Notes: generated by a model not told the origin, from the sequence alone. 64,000 nucleotides of DNA from Vulcanimicrobiota bacterium (GCA_963733295.1 CAVTCS010000003.1:1-64000); one strand, 5' to 3'; shown: positions 28,379 through 37,929, counted from the first letter of the stretch. Translations and numbers: made by a program.

Positions 28379-29350
28379 TCAAGCTGACACGTAGACCACT
28401 TCGCCCCCGATAATCTTCGCCGTGTACCAGACGTTGTTCCATTGATAGTACGTAGCACCGCTGTTGTGGACGATCGTCGCCGATTGCGGCAGATACGGAA
28501 CCATGACGCCGGGCGGAGCTTTGATGACGACGTAGTTCGAGCCGGTCCACTTGTAAAAGTAGCCGTTGAAATAGTCGTAGGTCGTGTTGCTCCCGCTGAC
28601 CTGGACCGTGGTGTATCCCGAGGGGAGGCTCGTGACGACGGCACCGGTAGGCGGCGCGGCGACGACATATCCGGCACCCGTGGGCGCGGGAGCGTAAAAG
28701 GTGCCGTTGTAGTACGAGTACGGCGCGTTGTTGACGTACACCGTGGTGGCCGCCGGCGGTGTCGAAGCGACAGCCGCCCCGATTGCCAAGCCGCCGACTA
28801 AACCGGCTGTCGCCGCTCCCCAGCCGCAGCCACCGCAGCCGCCGTAGTAGCCGCCGCCGTAGTAGCCGCCGCCGTAGTAACCACCGCCGTGATAGCTGTT
28901 GTCAAAAGTGTTGACGTTATTCGTGCGAGTGTTTTCAGCGCTATGCACGTTACTCGTTCGGGTACTCTCGGCGCTGTTGACGTTCGACGTGAAGGAGCTC
29001 TGACGGTTCTGTTGATTTCCCGACATCGCACTTTGGCGCTGCGCCTGGTTCGTCGTGCTCGTGCCGCTCGGTGGTCGACTGAAATTGCTCGGAGCGGAGT
29101 GACTGAAACCCGCTGAGGACGCGTGTGAGATCGAGCCCTGGCCTCGGAAGTCGCCGCCGAACCCGCCGCGGTTGAATCCACCGAAGCCGCCCCGGTTGAA
29201 GCCGCCGCCGCCACGAAAGCCGCCGCCTCCGAAGCCCCGCGCCTGGACCGGCGTGTTACCGCCGAGGCATGACGCCACGAGGCACATCGCGATCACTACT
29301 CCGACAAGGCTTCTCCGGTAAACTACTTTCGAGGTTTGCTTATTCTTCAT
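28379..29350 (-). CDS. Secreted Gly/Tyr-rich protein (DUF6515-like C-terminus)
   Basis: Signal peptide, RGGGF and GGGYY repeats, YYNGTFY..YVVAAPPTGAVVTSLP repeats. ATGA-coupled to the DUF2092 gene. Confidence 0.7.
   Translation of the reverse strand: MKNKQTSKVVYRRSLVGVVIAMCLVASCLGGNTPVQARGFGGGGFRGGGGFNRGGFGGFNRGGFGGDFRGQGSISHASSAGFSHSAPSNFSRPPSGTSTTNQAQRQSAMSGNQQNRQSSFTSNVNSAESTRTSNVHSAENTRTNNVNTFDNSYHGGGYYGGGYYGGGYYGGCGGCGWGAATAGLVGGLAIGAAVASTPPAATTVYVNNAPYSYYNGTFYAPAPTGAGYVVAAPPTGAVVTSLPSGYTTVQVSGSNTTYDYFNGYFYKWTGSNYVVIKAPPGVMVPYLPQSATIVHNSGATYYQWNNVWYTAKIIGGEVVYVSA
28838..28895. repeat. 15-bp coding tandem repeat (GGGYY, ~3.5 copies)
   Basis: GCCGCCGTAGTAGCC units at 28838, 28853 and 28868. 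Confidence 0.8.
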
Positions 29351-30126
29351 TGTGCACCGTTCTTCGAAATCGCAACGAAGTCAACATGAACCGCGTCTTT
29401 CGGCGGAGTGAAACTGAACACCGAGGCGTCGATGGGCGCGAACTTCCAATCATGGAAAGTGGCCGTGTATTCCGGCTGCCCAGGTAGCTTCTTGTAGGTG
29501 ACGGACAGCTCGCGGATAAGCGGCGTAGCGCCGTCGTCGATCCAGATCTGCCAATTGATGTCGGCTTGAGTGAAGAGGAGATGATGCGTGGCAACGCCGT
29601 CGACGGAGCTCGAACCGAGATCGTAGCCGCTTTGCAGCTTGGATCCCAGGGACTTTACGGGATCGTTCGAGACGAGGTCGTCCAAAGGAACCGTAAAATC
29701 GTACTTCGCGAAGATGGCGTTTAAGGTCGCGCCGTTATCGTTGCTTGCCGCCGTCGTTCCGTAGACGTTGGCAGTGCGATCGAAGAAGACGAAGGTCTTA
29801 CCGTCGCTGTAGAAGTTTGCAGCACGGCGATCGCTCGTGTAACTGACGAACAGATTGCCCGGCCGCACGACGTCGTACGTCGCCGTCGCGTGGAGCTGAT
29901 ACTTGATGCCCGAAGCCTGGACGTCGTCGTATCGAATGTCGGCGCCGAATGAAAACGAACTTTGGGACTTTAGGTACGCGGCAGCCGAGTCAAGGAGGTG
30001 GAGCGCTTCAGGCTCGACCTTCGGGGCGACTGCCGCGTCGCCTCGGTCCGAGGCTGCCAACAGAATCACGCCTGCAAGCGCGACGCGCAATGCTCGAAAG
30101 AAATAGGGTCTGACCCTGAAATTCAT
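29347..30126 (-). CDS. DUF2092 domain periplasmic protein
   Basis: VRPGNL, FYSDGKTF, THHLLFTQADINWQIWI and FSFTPPKDA. Confidence 0.8.
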   Translation of the reverse strand: MNFRVRPYFFRALRVALAGVILLAASDRGDAAVAPKVEPEALHLLDSAAAYLKSQSSFSFGADIRYDDVQASGIKYQLHATATYDVVRPGNLFVSYTSDRRAANFYSDGKTFVFFDRTANVYGTTAASNDNGATLNAIFAKYDFTVPLDDLVSNDPVKSLGSKLQSGYDLGSSSVDGVATHHLLFTQADINWQIWIDDGATPLIRELSVTYKKLPGQPEYTATFHDWKFAPIDASVFSFTPPKDAVHVDFVAISKNGAQ

Positions 30127-30305
30127 AGCAGACTTTAGTACCTCCAAGACGAACCGCGAGCAGAGTACATTTCCCCATTTTAGTCTGCGCGTCTTGCAAA
30201 CCAACCCGGTGAAAGGCTTGACGGGTGGGGCTCGCTACGCAGCGAAGGGCGCGACACCAGCCAGCACTAACCTCCGGGTTTCGTAGTTGGCTTGAAACGG
30301 AGGGA

Positions 30306-30806
30306 ATGGTTCATGAGCAGCGCCGGCCCCGGCACATGATGCATGGTTGGGGAACGTGGGACGCGAGCTGGCTCTGGAGCCTGGCGCTCGTCGCGATCAC
30401 GATCGCGTTTCACGCGACCGGGATAGTTTTCATCGGAACTGCGAGCGCACGGATCCGAGCCAGACTCCTGCGCCGAGGCGCAACCTTTGTGGATAGCGCG
30501 CCTGCAACGATCCTCCTTATCGTCGCCGTGGCTCTGTCGCTGGCAGTCCTGCACGCGATCGAGTGCATCGCCTGGGCGATCGTCTTTGTATGGCTCGGCG
30601 CGCTGCCATCTCCAGCCGATGCGACACTCTATTCGGTCGACTCGATGACAACGCGCGGGGCGTCCGGCCTTTCCCTAGCCCCACAATGGCGCATGATGGG
30701 CGCGACGGAGGCGGGCGATGGGATGCTCCTCTTCGGAATCAGCACGGCGTTCCTGTTCTACGTGATGGTGCATCTCTGGAAAGACGATTCAGAGAAATTG
30801 AGTTAG
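30306..30806 (+). CDS. Small membrane protein, two-TM ion-channel-like
   Basis: Hydrophobic helices, HAIECIAWA, pore-like LYSVDSMTTRGAS and GMLLFGISTAFL. Start uncertain. Confidence 0.55.
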   Translation: MVHEQRRPRHMMHGWGTWDASWLWSLALVAITIAFHATGIVFIGTASARIRARLLRRGATFVDSAPATILLIVAVALSLAVLHAIECIAWAIVFVWLGALPSPADATLYSVDSMTTRGASGLSLAPQWRMMGATEAGDGMLLFGISTAFLFYVMVHLWKDDSEKLS

Positions 30807-30818
30807 CGGACCACTCGA

Positions 30819-31904
30819 TCAGTGCGGGTGCGTTACCGTGATGCCGTCGGGGTAGGATCCCTTAAACGGCGACCCCACCGCCGGTGTCAGCGCGCCGCTG
30901 CTCGCGTCGATCGTATAGGCGGAAACAGTGTGGTCGATATCGTTGATCACGTAGGCGAACTTGCCGGTAGGATCGACTGCCACGCTTTCGGGTTCAGAGC
31001 CCGCCGCGAACGGTGACCCCGCCACCGGCGACAGCGCGCCGGTCGTCGCGTCGATGGCATAGACGGACACGTTGAGGGAGAGGGCGTTGGCCACGTAGGC
31101 GAACTTGCCGGTAGGACCGATTGCCACGGCATCGGGCCCGCTGCCCGACTTGAACGGCGACCCCGCCACCGGCGTCAGCGCGCCGCTGGTCGCGTTGACG
31201 GCATACGCGGAAACATTGCCGTCGCCGAAGTTGGTTACATAGGCGAACTTGCCGGTCGGATCGACCGCCACGCTAACGGGGCCGGTGCCCGATTTAAACG
31301 GCGATCCCGCCACTATCAGCGTGCCGCTGGTCGCGTCGATGGTGTAAGCGGATACGGTATTGTCGCCTTCGTTGGTCACATAGGCGAACTTGCCCGTCGG
31401 ATCGATGGCCACGTTCCAGGGAGTGCGGCCCGCGCCAAACGGCGATCCCGCCACCGGCGTCAACGCGCCGCTGGTCGCGTTGATGGCGTAGGCGGACACA
31501 TTGTTGGAGTCACGGTTGGTCACGTAGACGAACTTGCCCATGGGATCGATCGCCACGTCTTCGGGATTGGCGCCCGCCGCAAATGGCGATCCCGCGACCG
31601 TCGTCAGTGCGCCGCTCGTCGCATTGAGGGCATAGGCGGAAACGCTGTTCGCGACCTCGTCGACCACGTAGGCGAACTTGCCTTTGGGATCGGTCACGAT
31701 GTTGCGACCGCTGCCCGTCCCAAATGGCGACCCCGCAACGGGGATCAGTGCACCGCTGGTCGTGTCGATGCTATAGGCGGAAACGGTGTCGTCGCCGTTG
31801 CTCACATAGGCGAACTGAGCTCCGGTACTCTGCGTGCACCCAATAGCTACAAGAAATGTTCCGACCGATAAGAACGCAATAATGTTGCGCATCGCACGTA
31901 TCAT
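30819..31904 (-). CDS. Secreted 7-bladed beta-propeller (lactonase/YVTN-like)
   Basis: Signal/lipoprotein-like N-terminus and seven ~48-aa repeats (P..VAVDPTGKFAYV.N....VSAY.I.ATSGALTPVAGSPF). Confidence 0.85.
   Translation of the reverse strand: MIRAMRNIIAFLSVGTFLVAIGCTQSTGAQFAYVSNGDDTVSAYSIDTTSGALIPVAGSPFGTGSGRNIVTDPKGKFAYVVDEVANSVSAYALNATSGALTTVAGSPFAAGANPEDVAIDPMGKFVYVTNRDSNNVSAYAINATSGALTPVAGSPFGAGRTPWNVAIDPTGKFAYVTNEGDNTVSAYTIDATSGTLIVAGSPFKSGTGPVSVAVDPTGKFAYVTNFGDGNVSAYAVNATSGALTPVAGSPFKSGSGPDAVAIGPTGKFAYVANALSLNVSVYAIDATTGALSPVAGSPFAAGSEPESVAVDPTGKFAYVINDIDHTVSAYTIDASSGALTPAVGSPFKGSYPDGITVTHPH
30835..31815. repeat. ~144-bp coding tandem repeat (about 7 units)
   Basis: Recurrent TAGGCGAACTTGCC and GGCGA(C/T)CCCGCCACCGGCGTCAGCGCGCCGCTGGTCGCGT blocks about every 144 nt. 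Confidence 0.85.
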
Positions 31905-32440
31905 GGCTTTGGAGAAGGCGTTCCGTCGATCTCCCAGCCTTCGGCTTCAATTATGATGTGCTGGATCAACACGGCGTTCGCATTCGCGTTGAGATCGGGA
32001 AGCGCCGAGTACTGCGAGACCCAGGACTGCGTGAAGGAGAAACGCTGAACAGCTCGGCCGGCTTCGTCGTAGAGCACGACAGAAATGTTCCTTCGAGACG
32101 AGGCTGGGGGCGCGACGTTCCCAGATTTCGCCACCGCGCCGGCCCACTGCGCAAACTGCGAATCTCGCGTGACCCCTCGCTCGAGCGTCACCGATTCATA
32201 CTTCGTGTGGCCGACCATGTGCGTTGCCGGCGACGACGACATCTCATTGAAGCCTGCGACGACGCGACCGTTGTAGCGCAACCGATAGCGGTACTGCCGA
32301 TAGAAGTTGTCGCCCGCTGATTGGAGCGCCGACTGGCGCGGCGCCGGGGGCGAGGCCTGGTCCGCCCGACCTTGAGAAAACGCCGTTGCAAAGAGCAACA
32401 ATCCAAACGCCGCAGCCGCTGCTCGCGCCTCATTCCGCAT
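31901..32440 (-). CDS. Phage/eCIS tail tube (T4 gp19/Afp1-like) protein with N-terminal signal peptide
   Basis: YRYRL..GRVVAGF, TKYESVTLERGVT.D..F..WA, RRNISVVLYDEAG, WVSQYSALPDLNANANAVLIQH..EGWE. Leader MRNEARAAAAAFGLLLFATAFSQGRA; RBS GGGAGG. Confidence 0.8.
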   Translation of the reverse strand: MRNEARAAAAAFGLLLFATAFSQGRADQASPPAPRQSALQSAGDNFYRQYRYRLRYNGRVVAGFNEMSSSPATHMVGHTKYESVTLERGVTRDSQFAQWAGAVAKSGNVAPPASSRRNISVVLYDEAGRAVQRFSFTQSWVSQYSALPDLNANANAVLIQHIIIEAEGWEIDGTPSPKP

Positions 32441-32592
32441 CGTCGACCTCCCTTCTCCGGTTGGCGTAACCAAGGACGTTCGTTGTCATTGGAAAACGCT
32501 AAGGCAATCCGCCATGGAAAGATGGTGTACCTGGGCCGCTGGTTTTCATTCCCCGACCAGCTGAGCTGCGGGACGAGAAGAGGAGAACGCAT

Positions 32593-34368
32593 ATGCGTGG
32601 TCTTTTTCACCTTTTGATCGTGGTTCTTATTCTCGTTATGCCGGCCGTAGCGCAGGCCGCGACCTTCAATCAGGTCACTTTCAAGGTTACCACCGGCAGC
32701 GATGACCTGCGGGGCGATAGCTCCGCAACGGCGGTGCTGCACTTCAGCGGCGGCGGCAGCCAAACGTTCGTGCTCAAGTCTCAAAGCGAGAGCGGCTGGG
32801 CGAATAATTCGGTCCACAGCAAAGCATTCGGCCTAAAGAGTGCCAAGCAACTGGACGCTTTCAAAAAGATCGCCATCACGTTGACGTCTCACAACGGCGC
32901 TTTTGAAACCGACGACAACTGGAACGTCCAGAAGCTCAACATTACGGTCTCAAACTCGGGCGCATCGCGAACGTGCCTCTTGCAGCGTGCAGGGAATCCG
33001 CTGGTGAGGTTAACCGGCAGCTCTCCAAGCGCGAGCTACAAAGCCCGTGCGGGCTGCAAGCAAACCGGTTCGAGCGCTTCTTCGATTGGTTCGCCGAGCG
33101 TCGGCAATATCGATCAAGATATGTTCGCGGTGATGAAAGCGAGCGACGTCCATGGAGCGTCGCTTGCAATCCTCGACGGCACGCGCCTCGTCTACGCCAA
33201 AGGCTACTCTTGGGGTCCGGCGGGAACGCCCGCGGTCTCCCCGACGACGCTATTCCGCCAGGCGAGCGTTTCGAAGCTGATCACGGCCCTCTCAACGATG
33301 CAACTGATCAGCGAAGGGAAGCTGACGCTCCAAACCACCATGCAAAGCGTTCTGAACTTGAAGACCCACAGCGGCAGGGCGCCCACCGACAAACGCTTCG
33401 CGAACATTACGATCCAGGATCTGCTGGAGATGCGCTCGGGACTCGACTCGACTACCGAGGTGAAAGACGTGACGATCGCGAGCGCCCTCGGAAAGTCGCT
33501 TCCCATCGATGCCGCCGACATCCAGACGTACGCGGCCGGCGAAACGCTGATCAGTGCGCCGGGCGACAGGTCGCAGGCCTTCTACAACGACTCCAACTTC
33601 GATTTCCTAGCATATGTCGTGGCGAAACTCCGTAACGCAGCGTCGTTCATCGAAGCGATCCAGGCTCCGTTGCTGAAACCCCTCGGAATCACGCGAATCC
33701 GATCGGCGCAAGCCTTGCGCTCTGCACAATTACCTAACGAAGCGACGTATTATCCCAATCCGTACCAAACCGCCAAGAGCGTGATGACTCCCGCGCAACC
33801 GACGGTCGAACTTGGCTACGGAGACAAGAACCTCCCGAACATGCAGGGCGGCGGCGGCTTGAGTGCGGCCGCCACCGACATGGCGCGTGTGTTGGCCGCC
33901 ATGCAGCTGAAAGAAGACAATCCGGTCTTCAAACCGGGCATGGTGGACCGGATGCTCAAACTCTCATACGCGGCCGACAACGACAAGCGCTTCACCCACA
34001 GTAACGCCTTCGGCTACTACGGCTTAGACTCGGTCGGCCCGGTGAAATCGGGTGGGAGCGTACCGCCTTACCAGGCCGACAAGGGCGGCTACCTCGAGAC
34101 GAGTCAGAACGCGATCTTCTATCAAGATGGCGGCATCAGCTACGTCGTCTGCTGGAACGGACATACGACCGGCGGCGAGAGTTGGTACCCCGTGTTCAAT
34201 TCGGTACTAAAGGCTGCCGTCGCTCACAACTGGGGCAACATCGACCTGTTCCCAAAGTATGGGATGCCCGCGTTTCATACAAGCGCCCATGCGGTCCCGC
34301 ACTTCCCGGTGCCTTTGCCGCCTCCGATCCCGATGGAACGGCTCGACCCGCGCTACAACCACGGATAG
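32593..34368 (+). CDS. Secreted serine hydrolase (beta-lactamase/PBP family) with extra N-terminal domain
   Basis: Signal peptide, FRQASVSK (SxxK), ITIQDLL, GGGGLSAAATDMAR, and an N-terminal TGSDDLRGD..DNWNV domain. Confidence 0.8.
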   Translation: MRGLFHLLIVVLILVMPAVAQAATFNQVTFKVTTGSDDLRGDSSATAVLHFSGGGSQTFVLKSQSESGWANNSVHSKAFGLKSAKQLDAFKKIAITLTSHNGAFETDDNWNVQKLNITVSNSGASRTCLLQRAGNPLVRLTGSSPSASYKARAGCKQTGSSASSIGSPSVGNIDQDMFAVMKASDVHGASLAILDGTRLVYAKGYSWGPAGTPAVSPTTLFRQASVSKLITALSTMQLISEGKLTLQTTMQSVLNLKTHSGRAPTDKRFANITIQDLLEMRSGLDSTTEVKDVTIASALGKSLPIDAADIQTYAAGETLISAPGDRSQAFYNDSNFDFLAYVVAKLRNAASFIEAIQAPLLKPLGITRIRSAQALRSAQLPNEATYYPNPYQTAKSVMTPAQPTVELGYGDKNLPNMQGGGGLSAAATDMARVLAAMQLKEDNPVFKPGMVDRMLKLSYAADNDKRFTHSNAFGYYGLDSVGPVKSGGSVPPYQADKGGYLETSQNAIFYQDGGISYVVCWNGHTTGGESWYPVFNSVLKAAVAHNWGNIDLFPKYGMPAFHTSAHAVPHFPVPLPPPIPMERLDPRYNHG

Positions 34369-34396
34369 GAATCGGCGCACTCCGCCGGACGCGGTT

Positions 34397-35830
34397 CTAG
34401 GCGGTCCCTGCCGGACGGCGGCGACGGACGATCGCGGACACTTCTGGTTTCGGCATCGTCTGGATGCTTGGTACCGTCGGGCTCGGTAGTTTGACGAGTT
34501 GCTTCTCAACGATGCTGAGCGAGTCGGCCGTCTGCGGGAGCGATGGGACGCTGATGTCTGCAGGCTCGCCAAAACCGAAGGCTGCGGTCAAATCGCCGCA
34601 GGTGTCGCGTCGCCACTTCGTCAGATAGGGAACCTCGACGCCAAAGCGCGCTTCGATGAATCGCAGCGTCGAAGTGTGGTCGAAGGTGTCGCCGCAGACG
34701 AATCCCCCGCGCGTAAACGGCGAGATCGCGAGGCACGGGACGCGGAAACCCAAGCCGATCGGCACGCCTGCCACGAATTCGCCGGGCGTCCCGAGTGGCG
34801 GCGTCGGTGGTACGACGTGATCGAAGAGCCCGTCGTTCTCGTCATAGACGAGGATGAACGCAGTGCGCGACCAGACTTTTGGGTTGGACCAGAGCGCTTC
34901 GAGAATCGCTCGTAGATAGTTCTCCCCGGCCGCCGGCAGTTTGTCCGGATGCTCGCAGAGATCGTACGGCGGCACGATCCATGTGACTGCAGGCAGATTT
35001 CCCGTGCGAAAGTCCTGCAGCATCGCCTCGACCGAACGCATCTTCGCCGCGTTCTCGTACAGCGTCGAGGTCCTCGGAGCGTCCTGGAACGCCGCGAAGT
35101 TCATGATGACATCCAGTCCGACCGGATACTCGGCGGTGCTCTCGGGCCGGTAGATGCGCCATGAGACACCGGCCGCATCGAGACGTTGCGCGTACGTCTC
35201 CCAGGTGTACCGCCGGCCCCGATTGTTGGTCGCCGGTCCACCATTCTTGCCCCCGGAATCGATCGAAGCCGTCAGCCAATAATACCGATTTGGATTCGTC
35301 GGTCCCATGACCGAGCAGTGATATCCGTCGCAAATCGTAAACGCGTCGGCGAGCGCGTAGTAGAACGGAAGATCGGCTCGCGTGTAGTAGCCCATCGTCA
35401 GCGGGGCTCTTTTGCCATCGCTCCTGTAATGCGCGTTGATCCAGCCGTCCTGGCGGCCGCCGTTCCAAGCTTCGTGCAATGTCCCCCAGGCGTGACTAAG
35501 ATCGTACAGCCGCTGCGCGTTCGTCGTCTTGGTGTCGAGATGAAAGGGCAGTACGTAACCGTCGCTCGAGTGCCGGTAGGGTTGATAGAAGACGCTGCGG
35601 CCATCGGGAAGCCGCGCCGCGCCGGCATCGCCGAAGCCGCGCACGCCGCTTAGCGTGCCGAAGTAATGGTCGAACGAACGGTTCTCTTGCATCAAGAGCA
35701 CGATGTGCTCGATGTCGGAGAGTTTCGAAGGAACCGGTTGCGCGTTAGCCGGACGCAACCACTCGACGTACGGCACAGCGACCGCGGCCGACGCCAGCGA
35801 GAGAAAACCCGATCGCGACAGATGCCTCAC
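34397..35830 (-). CDS. Phospholipase C / phosphoesterase family protein
   Basis: IEHIVLLMQENRSFDHYFG, GPTNPNR, EHP, YDENDGLFDHV, GLGFRVP and FDHTSTLRF. Tat-like leader LSRSGFL; GTG start inferred. Confidence 0.88.
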   Translation of the reverse strand: MRHLSRSGFLSLASAAVAVPYVEWLRPANAQPVPSKLSDIEHIVLLMQENRSFDHYFGTLSGVRGFGDAGAARLPDGRSVFYQPYRHSSDGYVLPFHLDTKTTNAQRLYDLSHAWGTLHEAWNGGRQDGWINAHYRSDGKRAPLTMGYYTRADLPFYYALADAFTICDGYHCSVMGPTNPNRYYWLTASIDSGGKNGGPATNNRGRRYTWETYAQRLDAAGVSWRIYRPESTAEYPVGLDVIMNFAAFQDAPRTSTLYENAAKMRSVEAMLQDFRTGNLPAVTWIVPPYDLCEHPDKLPAAGENYLRAILEALWSNPKVWSRTAFILVYDENDGLFDHVVPPTPPLGTPGEFVAGVPIGLGFRVPCLAISPFTRGGFVCGDTFDHTSTLRFIEARFGVEVPYLTKWRRDTCGDLTAAFGFGEPADISVPSLPQTADSLSIVEKQLVKLPSPTVPSIQTMPKPEVSAIVRRRRPAGTA

Positions 35831-35971
35831 GCGCCCGGCCTTCGCGTTCCGAATGGCCACCCTCTCTCGAACGCAGCGAAACTCGGCCGGGACGCGCTCA
35901 ACCGGGCGTCGAAAAGCGCCTACCGAGCCGCGGCGAGTCCAGCGACTCTGCACGAACGATAGGGAGCGATT

Positions 35972-36640
35972 ATGACGAACTTTAAAGTTCGCGGTTTTCG
36001 GCGCGTAGCCGGCCTCATCTGTGTCGCCGCTATCCTTGCGGTAACGACTCCGGTAAAGGCCACAATTGACGTCTCGGGCAGCGACCCGGTCAGCCGATGG
36101 CTGCACTCGATCCCGCCTTCTTGCAGCTTTTTCCGTCCATCCGAATCGTACTGGGTCGGCGCGGTGATGAACGATGACTGGAAGCAATTTCCAAAGAACG
36201 GCAACGAGCAATCGATTATGCAGGGAATAGCGTCTATTCGCGCGTTCTACGATCCCGTCCACAAGATCGCCGCCTTTTACGAAAGTGGAACTGACACGCT
36301 CAACTACGCCGTCATCGGCGGCGCTGCGCCGCCTCCCACCAACGCCAAGGTGACGACGATAAAAGATCTATCGTCCGTCATCCTCGGCGGTAACGTGCGT
36401 CTCGGCCAGACCGTAGCCCAAGTCTCGTCGGCGGTAGGTCTGAAGTCGTTGCTGCACCCTTCCGCCGCGCCTTCGTGTCCAGGCTACAGCGCCGTCGGTT
36501 TCTGTTCGTGGAACCGTACGGGCTGCGTATGCATCCTGGGGCCAGTGTCCGGGCCGGAAAAGAAGTTCGGCGTCGCCGTCTTCCACGAAGGTCGTGTCGT
36601 CGCGCTGGGTTGGGACGATGGCGAGTGCGGCTTCGGCTAA
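35972..36640 (+). CDS. Secreted hypothetical protein
   Basis: GGGAG RBS, signal peptide, Cys-containing mature region. No family recognised. Confidence 0.6.
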   Translation: MTNFKVRGFRRVAGLICVAAILAVTTPVKATIDVSGSDPVSRWLHSIPPSCSFFRPSESYWVGAVMNDDWKQFPKNGNEQSIMQGIASIRAFYDPVHKIAAFYESGTDTLNYAVIGGAAPPPTNAKVTTIKDLSSVILGGNVRLGQTVAQVSSAVGLKSLLHPSAAPSCPGYSAVGFCSWNRTGCVCILGPVSGPEKKFGVAVFHEGRVVALGWDDGECGFG

Positions 36641-36717
36641 GGCGCCAGTAGCTTCGTCGTCTGATCTCGTCGAAACTTTCTTTTGGGACGCGCGTACGAG
36701 TGCCAAAGGGACGCTGG

Positions 36718-37056
36718 ATGGGTTCAGCTCGTACGAACGGGGTGACGTTGCGTCAGGCCGCGCTGATAGTCGGCTTCGCGTACCTCCTGAACCCCGTGGC
36801 CTACGCCGAGTTCGCCATCTACCCGAAACTCGTGATCCACGGCAACGTTGACGCGACCTTTGCGAGCATCAGCTCCCATCACGGGCTCTTTCTCGCCGCA
36901 CTTTTTTGCTATCTGATCAACTTCACCGAAGACATTATCATCTTCGTCACGTTTTTTGGTGAACTCGTCTTCATGCTTTGGCTGTTGATCAGAGGCTGGA
37001 AGCTTGACGAGACGAAGCGCGCGCCTAGTTCCGCCGGCGACGCACGCGCGACATAA
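36718..37056 (+). pseudogene. DUF4386-like membrane protein with apparent internal deletion
   Basis: The family N-terminus (RQAALIVGFAYLL..GNVDAT..I) joins directly to the family C-terminus (GELVFMLWLLIRG), at about half the usual length. Confidence 0.5.
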
Positions 37057-37166
37057 CCCAGGCGTGCGCTAGCAGCACTCCGGCGCCCATCCCGCTTGTT
37101 GCCAACGGCACGAGAAGTTCTTCCACGGGCACGCCTACGACGTGAGCGAGCAGGGGCGTCATCGTG

Positions 37167-37901
37167 CTACTTGTCGTCCGCGGGAGAAGCCATTGCGTTT
37201 TCTAACACCTTGCTCCACTTCGGGTCGGGCGGAGCGCCGGAAGCGTATTCGTCGTGCCAGTTCCACCACTCGTATGGCGGCGTCTGAGGGTAGCCCTCGG
37301 GCGAGTCCTCCCACTCTTCTTGGCGCCCGAGCGGGGTCAAATCGAGGTAGTTCCACGTGCCGCCCATCTGTTCGTCGCCGCGGCTGTTGATGAAGTACGT
37401 GTGAAACACGCGCTCGCCGTCGCGGATGAACACGTTCGTGCCGTGCCACTCGTCCACGCCGAAGTCGACGTCGAAGCCGTTCAGCATCGTGTACCACGGC
37501 ATGTCCCAGTCCATCCGCGCCTTCACGCGCTGGATGTCCGCCTGCGGCGCGCGCGAGACGAAGGCGAGCGTGGTGTCGCGTGCGTTCAAGTGCGCGAGAT
37601 GCGCGACCTGATCGGCGCCTAGGGAACAGCCGCGGCAGGCATGTTCGGGCCAGCCGAACACGCCAGGCTCGAAGAAGGCGCGGTAAACGATCAGCTGACG
37701 GCGGCCCTCGAACAAGTCGAGCAAACTCACCTTGCCGTCAGGTCCGTCGAACTCATACGCTTTCTCCACGCGCACCCATGGCATCCGCCGGCGCTCGGCG
37801 GCCAGCGCGTCGCGTGCGCGAGTCATGGCTTTCTCTTTGACGAGCAGCTGCTCGCGGGCAGCCTCCCACTCTTGCTGTGAGACGATCGGAGGTGTTTTCA
37901 T
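37167..37901 (-). CDS. DUF899 thioredoxin-like protein
   Basis: LLVKEKAMTRARDALAAERRRMPW, LLDLFEGRRQLIVY, CRGCS and LDLTPLGRQE. Confidence 0.88.
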   Translation of the reverse strand: MKTPPIVSQQEWEAAREQLLVKEKAMTRARDALAAERRRMPWVRVEKAYEFDGPDGKVSLLDLFEGRRQLIVYRAFFEPGVFGWPEHACRGCSLGADQVAHLAHLNARDTTLAFVSRAPQADIQRVKARMDWDMPWYTMLNGFDVDFGVDEWHGTNVFIRDGERVFHTYFINSRGDEQMGGTWNYLDLTPLGRQEEWEDSPEGYPQTPPYEWWNWHDEYASGAPPDPKWSKVLENAMASPADDK

Positions 37902-37929
37902 TGCAAGATGTCCTTTCCGTTTTTGACAT

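Noticed and set aside
30835..31815. CRISPR array or non-coding repeat
   Set aside because: The repeats are in-frame, degenerate at third positions and encode propeller blades. There is no repeat-spacer structure and no cas gene.
30819..32440. Prophage or complete eCIS/T6SS locus
   Set aside because: No sheath, baseplate, spike, terminase, capsid or lysis genes in the window.
32593..34368. Antibiotic-resistance beta-lactamase
   Set aside because: Only the generic SxxK serine-hydrolase fold is evident. The class A/C motifs are not convincingly present.
35831..36262. Long N-terminal extensions in the ORF track (PLC; also cbbL, the phosphotransferase, the sigma factor and the GH-like gene)
   Set aside because: They overlap neighbouring genes or promoters and lack family similarity. 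Downstream starts with an RBS or signal peptide fit better.
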